From Fibrobacteria bacterium (GTDB lineage Bacteria; Fibrobacterota; Fibrobacteria; UBA11236; JADFYW01): DNA of 64,000 nucleotides. A program made the position numbers and the translations under genes. The DNA is taken from NCBI GenBank assembly GCA_050294405.1, contig JBNKOC010000028.1:352001-416000 (forward strand), written 5' to 3'. Under the pieces are notes generated by a model that ran no database searches, had not been told where the DNA came from, and saw only the letters and a list, made by a program, of their open reading frames with translations. This document shows positions 48,091 to 57,441 of the stretch, piece by piece (the stretch's first letter is position 1; each line of letters opens with the position of its first letter).

Positions 48091-49359
48091 TTAAAAATGT
48101 GACCAGGAGGGTGATGAATTTCCCCCAAAGGTGGTCAATTGTTTTTGATTTGTGCCGTCAGCCCGCATAATATAAAGCTCCTTGCGCCCTAAGCGGGTGG
48201 ATGAGAATACGATGGCCCTGCCATCAGGGCTCCAGTCCGGGCTTTCATTGCTCCCAGTGGCGAAAGTCAGCCGCCTTAAATCTTTTCCTGTGGGGCTGAT
48301 AGTGAAAATATCCATTTCTCCACGTTCATTCATACCGCAAAAAGCAATTTTATCCCCTGCCGGAGACCAGGCTGGAGAAGTGTTGTATTTGCCTTCGTAA
48401 GTGAGCCTTCGGGTGTTTGAACCGTCCCTGTCCATAATGTATAGCATGGGATTGCCCGAACGGCTTGAGGTGAACACAATTTCATATCCGTTGGGAGACC
48501 AACTGGGAGAAGCCTCCAGAGAATTCGCATAAGTCAATCGGGTGGGCTTTTTCCCTTCTTCATCCACTCTGAAAATTTCCGTGTTTCCCTTTACAGAAGA
48601 TGTATACACAATTTCTCCATCTACAAAATTGTAGTCGGGACCTGTGTTCATGTACTTGGATTGCAGGAAAATTTTAACGGCGTTGCTGGAAAGGTTGTGA
48701 GTATACAATTGGGGGCTTCCTCCTTTATAGCTGGTATACATCAAAGTTTCGTTGCCTTTGAGCCAGCAGGGAGTTAAGTGCAATGTGCTGTTGCGGGTAA
48801 TCTGCCTTACATCGGCCCCGTCGTAATCCATAACATAAACTTCTTTTTTACCGGAGCGGCTGGATAAAAAGGCGATGCGGGTTTGAGCGATCCCTTTTTC
48901 CCCAAAGAGCTGGTAAACCAGTTCATCTGAAAATTTGTGGGCCATTTGACGCAGTTGCTTTATTTTGCCCTCGTATTTTTTTCCCAAAATAAGATCGCCG
49001 GTTTCGATATCCTTCAAATAACATTTTAAAATGATGTTGCTACCGCTAAACTGGTATTCGCCCCAAATGTATGCATAGGCTTCGTTCATAAGTAAATATT
49101 TGAGGGAAGTGCTATCGGTTTTTAAAACTTCGAAAATTTTTACCCGTCCGCTAAATTCCAGGTCATCGGCAATGACTCTTCCGGGATCCAAAGGCAAGGG
49201 CTTGGTTTCACCGGGCCTTGGTTGAAAGGCCATAAAGCCCAGAGGCAATTGGGGTTCGGATGCTTCGCCTTTTAAAATAAAATCAGCTTCCTGCCCCAAG
49301 AGGGAACTGAAACCGGTAAATAGAAAAAATATTGCCAGAAAAAACTTCATGTTAGTCAC
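48091..49359 (-). CDS. tolB: TolB beta-propeller
   Basis: TolB N-domain (DLEFSG, AHKFSDE), TRIAF…MDYDG, PD40 repeats (PSWSPNG, PAWSPAG, PDWSPDG). Confidence 0.93.
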   Translation of the reverse strand: MTNMKFFLAIFFLFTGFSSLLGQEADFILKGEASEPQLPLGFMAFQPRPGETKPLPLDPGRVIADDLEFSGRVKIFEVLKTDSTSLKYLLMNEAYAYIWGEYQFSGSNIILKCYLKDIETGDLILGKKYEGKIKQLRQMAHKFSDELVYQLFGEKGIAQTRIAFLSSRSGKKEVYVMDYDGADVRQITRNSTLHLTPCWLKGNETLMYTSYKGGSPQLYTHNLSSNAVKIFLQSKYMNTGPDYNFVDGEIVYTSSVKGNTEIFRVDEEGKKPTRLTYANSLEASPSWSPNGYEIVFTSSRSGNPMLYIMDRDGSNTRRLTYEGKYNTSPAWSPAGDKIAFCGMNERGEMDIFTISPTGKDLRRLTFATGSNESPDWSPDGRAIVFSSTRLGRKELYIMRADGTNQKQLTTFGGNSSPSWSHF

Positions 49360-50056
49360 CTATGTAAGGCAGGATAAAGGTTATGGCCAATTCGTCTTTG
49401 TCCTGATAATTAGGGGGAATAGGGGGCAGGCTTCCTACCCGCATCAAGGTTCTTTTTCCCTCTTCATCCAAAGCAGAATTACCGGAAGAAGTGGCCACAG
49501 TAATATTTTTTACTCCTCCCTGCCTTTCCACTGTAAAATTAATATGAACTTCCGCAGAACCCAAAACGCCAAAACCGCGGGGGGGATTCCAGAGCGATTG
49601 AATTTTGCGCTGCACCCGTCTTAGCCAGAACTTAAGGCGCGGGTCCGTTAAATCCTCCATAACCATACGGGGTTGTAAATCCTTTACTTCCTCCTGAACC
49701 ACTTCTTTGGGTTCTTCTTTTTGGGGCTCCTCCTTAACTTCCACCGGTTTTTCTTCGGGGGGCTTGGGCTTCTCTGGCTTTTCCGTTAATTTCGGGGCTT
49801 CGGGTTTGGGCTCCGGTTTTTTTTCCGGCGGTTTGGGAGGAGGCTGAACCTTGGGTTTTCGCACCACCACTTTGGGTTTTTCCAGAGGGACCAGCGTAAA
49901 TACGGGTACTTCCACAGCCTTTGGTTTATGGAGTAAGGGATAAATAAAGGCGGCTACCACAAACAGCAAATGAAAAATAATGGAAACAATCACGATAACG
50001 AGGAATTTATCTTTCCTGCTGTCGGGAACGAATTGCCAGCCTTGCAAGGACACCAT
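49352..50056 (-). CDS. tolA: TolA/TonB-type energy transducer
   Basis: TM helix with SxxxH (SIIFH), Pro/Lys/Glu-rich linker, TonB_C-like domain (SSGNSALD); lies between tolR and tolB. Confidence 0.75.
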   Translation of the reverse strand: MVSLQGWQFVPDSRKDKFLVIVIVSIIFHLLFVVAAFIYPLLHKPKAVEVPVFTLVPLEKPKVVVRKPKVQPPPKPPEKKPEPKPEAPKLTEKPEKPKPPEEKPVEVKEEPQKEEPKEVVQEEVKDLQPRMVMEDLTDPRLKFWLRRVQRKIQSLWNPPRGFGVLGSAEVHINFTVERQGGVKNITVATSSGNSALDEEGKRTLMRVGSLPPIPPNYQDKDELAITFILPYIGD

Positions 50057-50499
50057 TATCCTTTTTTGCGTTTTAGTTTCTTATAAAGTTTAGCAGCGCC
50101 GGAAGGATCTGTTAGAAAACCCAGCTTTTTTGCGCCCTCGGACTGCGCTTCGGTTACCAATTTCATGACAAAACCGTATGGGACTTTTCTATCGGAATTG
50201 ACTATCACCACGGTCTCCTCGTCGCCGGTCCATACAGAACGGAAATCGTTTTTAAAATGAAGCTCATCAGTAGGGATTTCGCTGTTGAGAATTATTTCTC
50301 TTTCGGCGGTAATAGTGATGTTAACGGTTTTTTTCTCATCCATGGAGGCGGCCTGGGCCTTGGGTAAATCCACTTTCACGCCCTGGCTCATCAAAGGCGC
50401 GGTAATCATAAAAACCACCAGGATGGCAAAGATAACATCAATCATGTTAGTAAGGTTGATTTCAGCATTTAACTGAATTTGGGATCTTCTGCTTTTCAT
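50056..50499 (-). CDS. tolR: TolR/ExbD
   Basis: EINLTNMIDVIFAILVVFMITAP, VDLPKA, D..VPYG. Confidence 0.9.
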   Translation of the reverse strand: MKSRRSQIQLNAEINLTNMIDVIFAILVVFMITAPLMSQGVKVDLPKAQAASMDEKKTVNITITAEREIILNSEIPTDELHFKNDFRSVWTGDEETVVIVNSDRKVPYGFVMKLVTEAQSEGAKKLGFLTDPSGAAKLYKKLKRKKG

Positions 50500-50508
50500 A
50501 GGACTCCC

Positions 50509-51204
50509 TTATTTAGCTGTTTTGGCTCTTTCGAGGGCTTTCAAATCACCTCTTTGGAACAGGCTTAAAAGCTCAGAACCAAAGCCGTACATGTATGCTT
50601 CGGATTTTCTGTTAAAAGACACAAAAGAACTAAATGCGGAGGCCGCGGGAATGGCGACGGAAAGCCCCACAATGGTTGTGACTAAAGCTTCTGCAATACC
50701 TGGGGCCACTACGGTGATGTTAGCAGAGCCTTGATTTCCGATTTCTAAAAAGGAGTGCATAATTCCCCAAACCGTTCCGAATAAACCTAGAAAAGGGGCC
50801 ACAGAGCTACTTAAGGATAAAAAGCCAAGGTATTTTTCCTGATTGAATTTTTCCTTATCTACGGCGCGTTCCACCACTTCTTCAATAAGCTGGGTACGGG
50901 AATCCAAAGAGCCATAAGATACAAATGGAGCGAGCCCTTCTATTTCGGAAATGGCGGCTCCGGCAATACGACCCAAAGTGGAGTTTTGATGTTCCTGGGA
51001 TAACTTTTGAATTTCCCCTAAACTTTTGGCAGTGCGCAGGCGGGAAAACCATTTGTGAAAGTCAGATTTTTCTTTTTGGTTTTTCGCAATTTTAATAAAA
51101 ATGACTGCCCACACTCCAATGGACATAAACACCAAAATTAAAATAACCAATAAGGCAACTGGGCCCGATTTGGCTATAAGTGCGAAAATAGGAATATTTG
51201 ACAT
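50509..51204 (-). CDS. tolQ: TolQ/ExbB proton channel
   Basis: APFLGLFGTVWGIM…VAPGIAEALVTT. Confidence 0.93.
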   Translation of the reverse strand: MSNIPIFALIAKSGPVALLVILILVFMSIGVWAVIFIKIAKNQKEKSDFHKWFSRLRTAKSLGEIQKLSQEHQNSTLGRIAGAAISEIEGLAPFVSYGSLDSRTQLIEEVVERAVDKEKFNQEKYLGFLSLSSSVAPFLGLFGTVWGIMHSFLEIGNQGSANITVVAPGIAEALVTTIVGLSVAIPAASAFSSFVSFNRKSEAYMYGFGSELLSLFQRGDLKALERAKTAK

Positions 51205-51509
51205 ACTATTTCTCCGCTTCTCCTTAAAAAATTTAGGCCCCGAATATTACTAAACGCCTCTTGTCTGAGGGGCGAAGGGATTCGGGAGGGCTTTTAAAGT
51301 TTTAGGGTTAAAAATCTTTGAATCATTATAAATGGGTGTAAAATATTTTATGCTACACCTCCCACAATATACAAAGTATTGAAAGGCCTCAAAAATCTTT
51401 TCCTCCATAAAAAGCGAAAAAGAAGCCCTCATGAAAAGAATTAGCAGGCAATTTGCCTTCGGGGTTGTAATAGAGCCATGGCCGTTATACATTTATGAAC
51501 GAGGATTAA

Positions 51510-51701
51510 ATGGGAATTACAAAATTACTGGCCATTGTTCTAATTGTGTATGGAATGCGTACCCTTTACATTCGAATGACCCGTGAAGCCCAAGCTCCCC
51601 GCAGAAACGGTCCTTTTCCCTCGGGATTTAAAACATCCAAGAAGGAGAATAAAAAAAAGGAAGATGTTTCTGATGGGGAGTGGAAAGAAGTATCTCACTA
51701 A
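51510..51701 (+). CDS. Small membrane-anchored hypothetical protein
   Basis: GAGGA RBS, N-terminal TM helix, charged tail ending D.EWKEV; leads the manA operon. Confidence 0.6.
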   Translation: MGITKLLAIVLIVYGMRTLYIRMTREAQAPRRNGPFPSGFKTSKKENKKKEDVSDGEWKEVSH

Positions 51702-51722
51702 CTCAAACTTTTAAGGCCCGCT

Positions 51723-52820
51723 ATGGAATCTCAACAATCCGGTTTAGAGCCCTTAGTTTTTACGCCTCTTTTTTTTGAAAAAATTTGGGGCGGAAGAAAT
51801 TTATACCGACTTTTTAAAAAAGGCCCCGACAGCACCGAAATGCTGGGAGAATCCTGGGAAATCTCAGACAATAATTCAGGGAAAACCAAAGTTGCCAAAG
51901 GCAAATTTGCAGGCCAGGAACTGGGAGAATTGTTGTCTAAGTACCCCTCAGAAATTCTGGGAAAAAAATTGGCAGAACAGTTTGGAAATAAAAAGGCTTT
52001 TCCCCTTTTAATTAAGTTTATTGATGCCACAGATGATCTTTCTGTACAGGTACACCCAGGTGAAGGCAGCGATTTGGGCGATGCCAAAACAGAGGCCTGG
52101 TATGTGGTGGATGCCCCTGCGGAAGCGCAAATTATTGTGGGCCTTGATTCTGAATTGTCCAAAGAAAAAGTTCTGGAGGCCTTAAAAAGTTCCAAAGCCA
52201 GAGATGTATTAAGGCGCATACCCGTAAAAGCCGGAGATGTTTTGGTGATTCCAGCGGGCACGGTGCACGCCATAACAAAGGGCCTGGTTATTTACGAGGT
52301 GCAGCAAAATTCAGACACTACTTTTCGAATTTACGATTGGGACCGTCTGGACGCTTCTGGTAAAAGCCGGGAGTTGCATGTGGACAAGGCGGCTCAAACC
52401 ATAAATTTTACCAATGAGAATCCCTATAAATCCAAGCCCCTTAGCCTTAAAGAAGAAGGTTTTGAAAGAGAATTTTTAGGGGCCACTCCTTTTTTTCTTA
52501 TTTGCCGGTTAAAAAACTTTAACGGGGATGCCAGGCTGGATAATAAGGATAAATTTCAGGTTTTAACGGTGCTCGAAGGGCATTTTGAAGTAAAACACGG
52601 TGAAAGTAAAGTCAGTTTAAACCCTGGTGATAGTTGTTTGCTGCCTGCGGTTTGTCAAAATACTTTTCTAAAAAATGTACAGGGAAAGGGAGAATTGCTA
52701 TCTTCCACAGTACCGGACCTCGCAGAGGATGTCTGGGAGCCTTTATCAAATGCGGGTTTCGCCGAGGATGAAATAACCAGAATAGGAGGAGGGACTCTGG
52801 TTCCGCCAGCTCATTTATGA
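51723..52820 (+). CDS. manA: Type I mannose-6-phosphate isomerase
   Basis: KIWGG, GESWEIS, FPLLIKFIDA..DLSVQVHP, KTEAWY, GTVHA, EVQQNSDTTFR. Confidence 0.92.
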   Translation: MESQQSGLEPLVFTPLFFEKIWGGRNLYRLFKKGPDSTEMLGESWEISDNNSGKTKVAKGKFAGQELGELLSKYPSEILGKKLAEQFGNKKAFPLLIKFIDATDDLSVQVHPGEGSDLGDAKTEAWYVVDAPAEAQIIVGLDSELSKEKVLEALKSSKARDVLRRIPVKAGDVLVIPAGTVHAITKGLVIYEVQQNSDTTFRIYDWDRLDASGKSRELHVDKAAQTINFTNENPYKSKPLSLKEEGFEREFLGATPFFLICRLKNFNGDARLDNKDKFQVLTVLEGHFEVKHGESKVSLNPGDSCLLPAVCQNTFLKNVQGKGELLSSTVPDLAEDVWEPLSNAGFAEDEITRIGGGTLVPPAHL

Positions 52821-53167
52821 CTTCCGAAACTTCAGACTTTCAAATCAAAGACAGGTTGTCCTTTAACCTGTTTATCCTGAACAATAACTTAACTGTAAAA
52901 AATTTGTTTCAGGTGCGCTCCGCTTTAACCGAACTTTTGGATAGTTCGGTTCGGAATATTGTGTTTGATTTGGAAAAATGTAATGAAATGGATTCTTCGG
53001 GGCTTGGGCTTCTGAGTAATCTGTACAAAAAGATAAATAGCCTGGGTGGGGAACTGGGCGTGCTTAATGTGAATCCCGAACTGGATAGAATATTTCAGGA
53101 TTCGGGCTTGGGCCAATTGCTAAACCCTTTCAGTACTCTGGAAGAGGCCGATGAATATTTTGACTAA
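52817..53167 (+). CDS. STAS-domain anti-sigma-factor antagonist
   Basis: IVFDL…MDSSGLG phospho-Ser motif; ATGA coupling to manA. Confidence 0.9.
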   Translation: MTSETSDFQIKDRLSFNLFILNNNLTVKNLFQVRSALTELLDSSVRNIVFDLEKCNEMDSSGLGLLSNLYKKINSLGGELGVLNVNPELDRIFQDSGLGQLLNPFSTLEEADEYFD

Positions 53168-53190
53168 ACCGGGGAAAGAAAAAGAAAATA

Positions 53191-54153
53191 ATGGAAAATC
53201 TTTGCTTTATTATTTCTTCCATAGGCGGACCGAAAATTCTCTCGCCTTTGCTTTCCAAAAATCTGCGCATGGACACTATTTACATGGTGTATCAGCGAAT
53301 GCCAAGCGATGCTTTCATGAAAGCCTTGGTGGAGTGTATTGGCGAAGATGTGCAGCGCCAAATAATTTATTTGAAGGAAGATTCCCAATTGGTTCCCGGG
53401 GGGATCTATTTCTTTTCTTCGGAATTCCAATACCGCTTTGAAAAAGACTGGATTCGGGTTTCTCCGGCCCAGCAACAAGAAAACTACCAGGAAAGCCACC
53501 TGGATTCCATTTTAATTTCCGCCGGGAACAGCCCATATCGCTCCGCGGTGGTTGTGCTTTCGGGCATGTTTATTGACCGGGATGGAATTGGCGGAATTCG
53601 CTATTTAAAGGAAACAGGAGCCAAGGTATACGGCACTCCCCAGCACGAAACCCCAGTTTACGACATGATAGACGACTTGCAAAGGGAATCGTTGCTTGAT
53701 GAACTCCAGCCTTCTTCCACAATTATGTCCCAGGTGGAATTTGGCATACATGTGGTTCCGGGAAACACCACCGATAAGGTTTTAATAGTAGATGACGAAG
53801 AAGATGTGCGGGAAATTGTGGGCGACATATTAGGCCTGGAAAACATAAGTTGCGATTATGCCACCGATGGTCTTAATGCTATTTCAAAAATCCAGAGGAA
53901 TAAATATTCCGCCATTGTAATGGATATGAAAATGCCCGAGCTGGATGGCTTAAAAACTTTAACCGCTCTAACTACTATGGAGCCCAATCTGCCCATTTTG
54001 ATTATTACCGGTTATGACGACAGTCAAACACATGATGCTGCCAAAAGCCAAAATGTAATAGGGGTATTGCTTAAGCCATTCACCGGGGAAGACATAAAAA
54101 AGTATTTGCCCCAGTTGGCGCCATCCCAAGCCAGAGAACACAGCACACTATAA
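53191..54153 (+). CDS. Degenerate CheB-methylesterase-like domain fused to a C-terminal receiver domain
   Basis: SSIGGP, YQRMP and VLSGM…DG..G resemble the CheB ASTGG, QHMP and LTGMG.DG motifs; REC: VLIVDDE, MDMKMP, ITG, KPF. Confidence 0.7.
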   Translation: MENLCFIISSIGGPKILSPLLSKNLRMDTIYMVYQRMPSDAFMKALVECIGEDVQRQIIYLKEDSQLVPGGIYFFSSEFQYRFEKDWIRVSPAQQQENYQESHLDSILISAGNSPYRSAVVVLSGMFIDRDGIGGIRYLKETGAKVYGTPQHETPVYDMIDDLQRESLLDELQPSSTIMSQVEFGIHVVPGNTTDKVLIVDDEEDVREIVGDILGLENISCDYATDGLNAISKIQRNKYSAIVMDMKMPELDGLKTLTALTTMEPNLPILIITGYDDSQTHDAAKSQNVIGVLLKPFTGEDIKKYLPQLAPSQAREHSTL

Positions 54154-54193
54154 AAATCGCCCTCGCGACACGGTGCATTGTTACGCCCATCAA

Positions 54194-54226
54194 TTTTAAA
54201 AGGCCTCATTAAGAGACCTTTTAAAA
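54194..54226 (-). terminator. Probable bidirectional terminator
   Basis: TTTTAAAAGGCCTC-ATTAA-GAGACCTTTTAAAA between convergent genes; fully paired with one G-U on the minus strand. Confidence 0.7.
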
Positions 54227-54250
54227 ATTAAATTAAATTAATAGTGGGGC

Positions 54251-54622
54251 TTAAACGGCCATGCGCAATTTGCGCTTTTGCATTCTGTAAAAGTTTGCCC
54301 GACGAAAATCGTTGCGATGTTCGTGACAAAAACGAGGGTACACAAATTGTTTAGGGAAAACCTTAATAAGGTACTTTGTGTTACACCCTTCCAGACAACA
54401 TTTAAATTCTAAATCTAAAACTTCGGTATAGTTGTGAGTGAACACCATGTTTTTAACTTCAACACGCTCAAACTCTTTTTTATGCTTGGCTCTTTGCTTA
54501 ATATCGCGGTGTAGCTCGCAATATTTAGCAATGGGATGCCCCCAAAACTCTTTACCGCAGCCTGGTTCCTGACAAATTTTTAACTTAATTCGTTTTTTCT
54601 TTTTGTATTTTGGTAGCTGCAT
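54251..54622 (-). CDS. Basic protein with two C-x4-C…C-x2-H putative zinc fingers
   Basis: CQEPGC…YCELHR and CCLEGC…FCHEHR; Lys/Arg-rich termini. Confidence 0.7.
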   Translation of the reverse strand: MQLPKYKKKKRIKLKICQEPGCGKEFWGHPIAKYCELHRDIKQRAKHKKEFERVEVKNMVFTHNYTEVLDLEFKCCLEGCNTKYLIKVFPKQFVYPRFCHEHRNDFRRANFYRMQKRKLRMAV

Positions 54623-54770
54623 TATAACGTCTCTAATTTAACCCGTTGTATGTTGGGGCATTAATATACTGAAAAATCGCGTAAAATCAATGCTTATTTA
54701 AATATACGGGTAAAGCCCCGAAAAAAAAAGGGAAATAAAGAAAATTTTAGTTTTTTTTGAAACTAGATGT

Positions 54771-55673
54771 TTAGCGTTTAAAAGGCATTTCAAGACGGGT
54801 TAAATACAAGCCAATGGGATCCACCTTCTCTCCTTTAACTAAAATTTCAAAGTGAAGGTGTCGTCCGGTGGTTTTTCCAGTGCTGCCCATATCACCGATA
54901 TAATCCCCTTTTTTTACTTTTTGGCCTGGTCGCACATGGTTTTCTTTTAAGTGGGCGTAAAAGGTTTCAATTTTATCATTGTGGCGAATACGCAGGTATT
55001 TTCCGTAAAAAGGGTCTTCGGAACTGGAGATAACCCGGCCATCCCCTGCGGAAAAAACAGAGTCGGAGCCCACGCCGCTAAAGTCCACTCCGGCGTGGTA
55101 GCTGCGCTTGCCCGAAAAAGGGTCTTTCTCTCTTCCAAAACCCCGGATAATCATGGCTGATTTGGACACGGGCAGGGCTGTGGGCCATTCTGGGATGGCC
55201 TCCTCATAATTTTCCAAAGTGGCTAAAACCTTGTCTAAATGGCCGTCTATCACTTCGCTTTGACGAAATAAGCGGTCGATATTTTTTTCAACGGGCATAA
55301 GTTTGGTGAAAAAACGCATTAAGCCTTCTGGCTGGTTGGTCTGGCTTTCTGTTTTCCACTCCAAATTGCTTAGAGCCATGGTTTTTTGCACTTCTTTTTC
55401 CAGCTTATTTAAACGCACCTTGTGCTGGCTTTTGGATTTTTCCAGGCCTACAATTCGTTCTGTAAGCTTTAAATTCTTTTTGGCCAATTGCTTTCGATAG
55501 CGGGAGTCTGCCTGGCTTTCCCACAAAATCTGGCTAAAAGTCAGATAAAAGCCAGCTATGCAAATCAGCAGGATAAGCACAGCCACAGCTGCCAGCCAAA
55601 ATTTGCTTATGCTGATTTGCCGATTGGGGCTGTTATCCGAAGGGATAAGTATTATGTTCCAATGGGATCCCAT
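54771..55673 (-). CDS. M23 family metallopeptidase with N-terminal TM helix and coiled coil
   Basis: HAGVD, YAHL and GSTGKTTGRHLHFE motifs. Confidence 0.92.
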   Translation of the reverse strand: MGSHWNIILIPSDNSPNRQISISKFWLAAVAVLILLICIAGFYLTFSQILWESQADSRYRKQLAKKNLKLTERIVGLEKSKSQHKVRLNKLEKEVQKTMALSNLEWKTESQTNQPEGLMRFFTKLMPVEKNIDRLFRQSEVIDGHLDKVLATLENYEEAIPEWPTALPVSKSAMIIRGFGREKDPFSGKRSYHAGVDFSGVGSDSVFSAGDGRVISSSEDPFYGKYLRIRHNDKIETFYAHLKENHVRPGQKVKKGDYIGDMGSTGKTTGRHLHFEILVKGEKVDPIGLYLTRLEMPFKR

Positions 55674-55772
55674 ATAGCATCAATGTATTAAATTGAAAAA
55701 TTCCCGCTCGTGGCTTTGAAAATATTTTCTGGATTTTTTTTGGCTAAAAAATTTAGCAAAAAAAGGAGAGGG

Positions 55773-55988
55773 TTATTCATCCTTCCAGTCATCAGTGGCG
55801 TCTTCTTCGTCAATATTAGAAGACAGAGTGTCCTCAATAATGCTCTTGAAGTTTTCATCCATAAAATTGCAGATGTCTTCTTCATTCAGGGAACTATCGT
55901 CCTGCACCAATTCCTGAATACACAAAGCGGTTGAAATCATAATTTCTTTAACCAATGCCTCTTCGTATAATCTTTTGTGTTCTTCCAA
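55773..55988 (-). CDS. Small, very acidic hypothetical protein
   Basis: 71-aa ORF (TTG start) filling the gap before the M23 gene; followed by an A/T-flanked hairpin near 55733-55764. Confidence 0.55.
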   Translation of the reverse strand: MEEHKRLYEEALVKEIMISTALCIQELVQDDSSLNEEDICNFMDENFKSIIEDTLSSNIDEEDATDDWKDE

Positions 55989-56136
55989 TTTTTACCTAAC
56001 CTTACTTTACCATGGGAACTGCCACTAAAGAATATTTTCATATTTCCACAAGATGACGGTCAAGCATTAGATTTTTACCTTGTCTTTTTTCCACTGGAGC
56101 TAAGAGAATCTACACTCAAAATTCTAAAATTTCCCT

Positions 56137-57441
56137 ATGAACGAACCCTCCCCAAGCAAAAAATTCGACTGGAAGCGCACAGGCCGGGCTTTGGCCCGGG
56201 AAATTGTGATTCCAATTGTGATGGCCCTTATAGTCATCCAGTTTGTTATCCAGGCTTTTAAAATTCCCACAGGCTCTATGGAAGATAGCCTTTTGGTGGG
56301 CGACTTTTTATTGGGGTTAAAATTTGTATATGGGGCGCCCATTCCCTTTACACATAAAAAGCTTCCTGCCTTAAGCGAGCCGGAGCCGGGGGATGTTTTG
56401 ATTTTTGGTTATCCGGGCGATCCCAAATATCCCGAATACAATCCCGAACGTTACCATTTTGTGGCCAATTTATTTTTGTTTGGCAATGTATATTGGGACA
56501 CACAGGCTCCCGAAGGAAAAAGCAAATGGGTTTGGTATGCTCCCAAAGACTTTATCAAGCGCTGCGTGGCTAAAAGCGGCCAAACAATTCAGGTGCGCAG
56601 CACTGCATTGGCCGTGGACGGGAAAACCATTGCCCTTCCTCCCAAAGGGAAATACCACCGCAACCGTGGCCATGTTGCCTGGAGAGATTCCCTGGATTTT
56701 AAACTGCCTGAAAAAGGCGAAACCATAAAGTTTGAAAACTTAAGCTTAGCTCAAGCCTGCTGGATACGTTCCCTGGCTCTTCAGGAAAATCCCGATGCCA
56801 AAGTTTCTCTCCAGTTGGATTTATATGTGGATTCGGTACTTTCCAATTACCATGTATTTAACGATGTATACTTTCCTCAGGAAGGGGAAAGCGTATTGCT
56901 GTTGCAAATGTTAAAAATACCCTTTGAAATGAGCTATCAATTTCCCCAATTCAGGGCCCGGCAAATATCCTTTAACAAAGTGGCCGATGGCCTTAAAACA
57001 GGCTTTATGAGAGGGCTTTCCGAACACAACGTAGGTTTTACTCCCTTAAAAGACGCGCCTCATTTTTTTGGAGCAAAGGCCCATTCCTATGAGTATTTCT
57101 CTGGATATTATTTGGAAAAACTCAAAGAAGCTTTGCAGGCGGCAGCCGCCAGAGATGGCAAAGAAATTAAAATTGTGCCTTCGTTGGTTATCGATGGAAA
57201 TAATTTTACCGAATACACCACCAAGGGCAAATGTTATTTTATGATGGGGGATAACAGGGATAACTCTTCGGACAGCCGCTTCTGGGGTTTGTTAAGCGAA
57301 TACAATGTTAAGGCTAAAGCTTTTATCGTATACCTTTCTCTGGAAAATGCGGACGATCGCCTTTCCCTAACTAACCCTTTGACCTGGATATTTTTGCCTG
57401 AACGGTTAAGATGGAGCCGCATCGGAAAGTTAATCGAATAA
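56137..57441 (+). CDS. lepB: Signal peptidase I with a large insertion
   Basis: TM anchor, IPTGSME (Ser), FIKRC (Lys), [14 protein letters not shown]. Confidence 0.93.
   Translation: MNEPSPSKKFDWKRTGRALAREIVIPIVMALIVIQFVIQAFKIPTGSMEDSLLVGDFLLGLKFVYGAPIPFTHKKLPALSEPEPGDVLIFGYPGDPKYPEYNPERYHFVANLFLFGNVYWDTQAPEGKSKWVWYAPKDFIKRCVAKSGQTIQVRSTALAVDGKTIALPPKGKYHRNRGHVAWRDSLDFKLPEKGETIKFENLSLAQACWIRSLALQENPDAKVSLQLDLYVDSVLSNYHVFNDVYFPQEGESVLLLQMLKIPFEMSYQFPQFRARQISFNKVADGLKTGFMRGLSEHNVGFTPLKDAPHFFGAKAHSYEYFSGYYLEKLKEALQAAAARDGKEIKIVPSLVIDGNNFTEYTTKGKCYFMMGDNRDNSSDSRFWGLLSEYNVKAKAFIVYLSLENADDRLSLTNPLTWIFLPERLRWSRIGKLIE

Noticed and set aside
49352..51204. TonB-ExbBD uptake system
   Set aside because: Followed directly by tolB, pal and cpoB with no TonB-dependent receptor, so Tol-Pal is the better call.
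51250..51492. 80-aa minus-strand ORF and palindrome AGGCAATTTGCCT (51446-51458)
   Set aside because: The ORF has no motif or clear RBS and lies in a divergent promoter gap; a single palindrome is not enough to call an operator.
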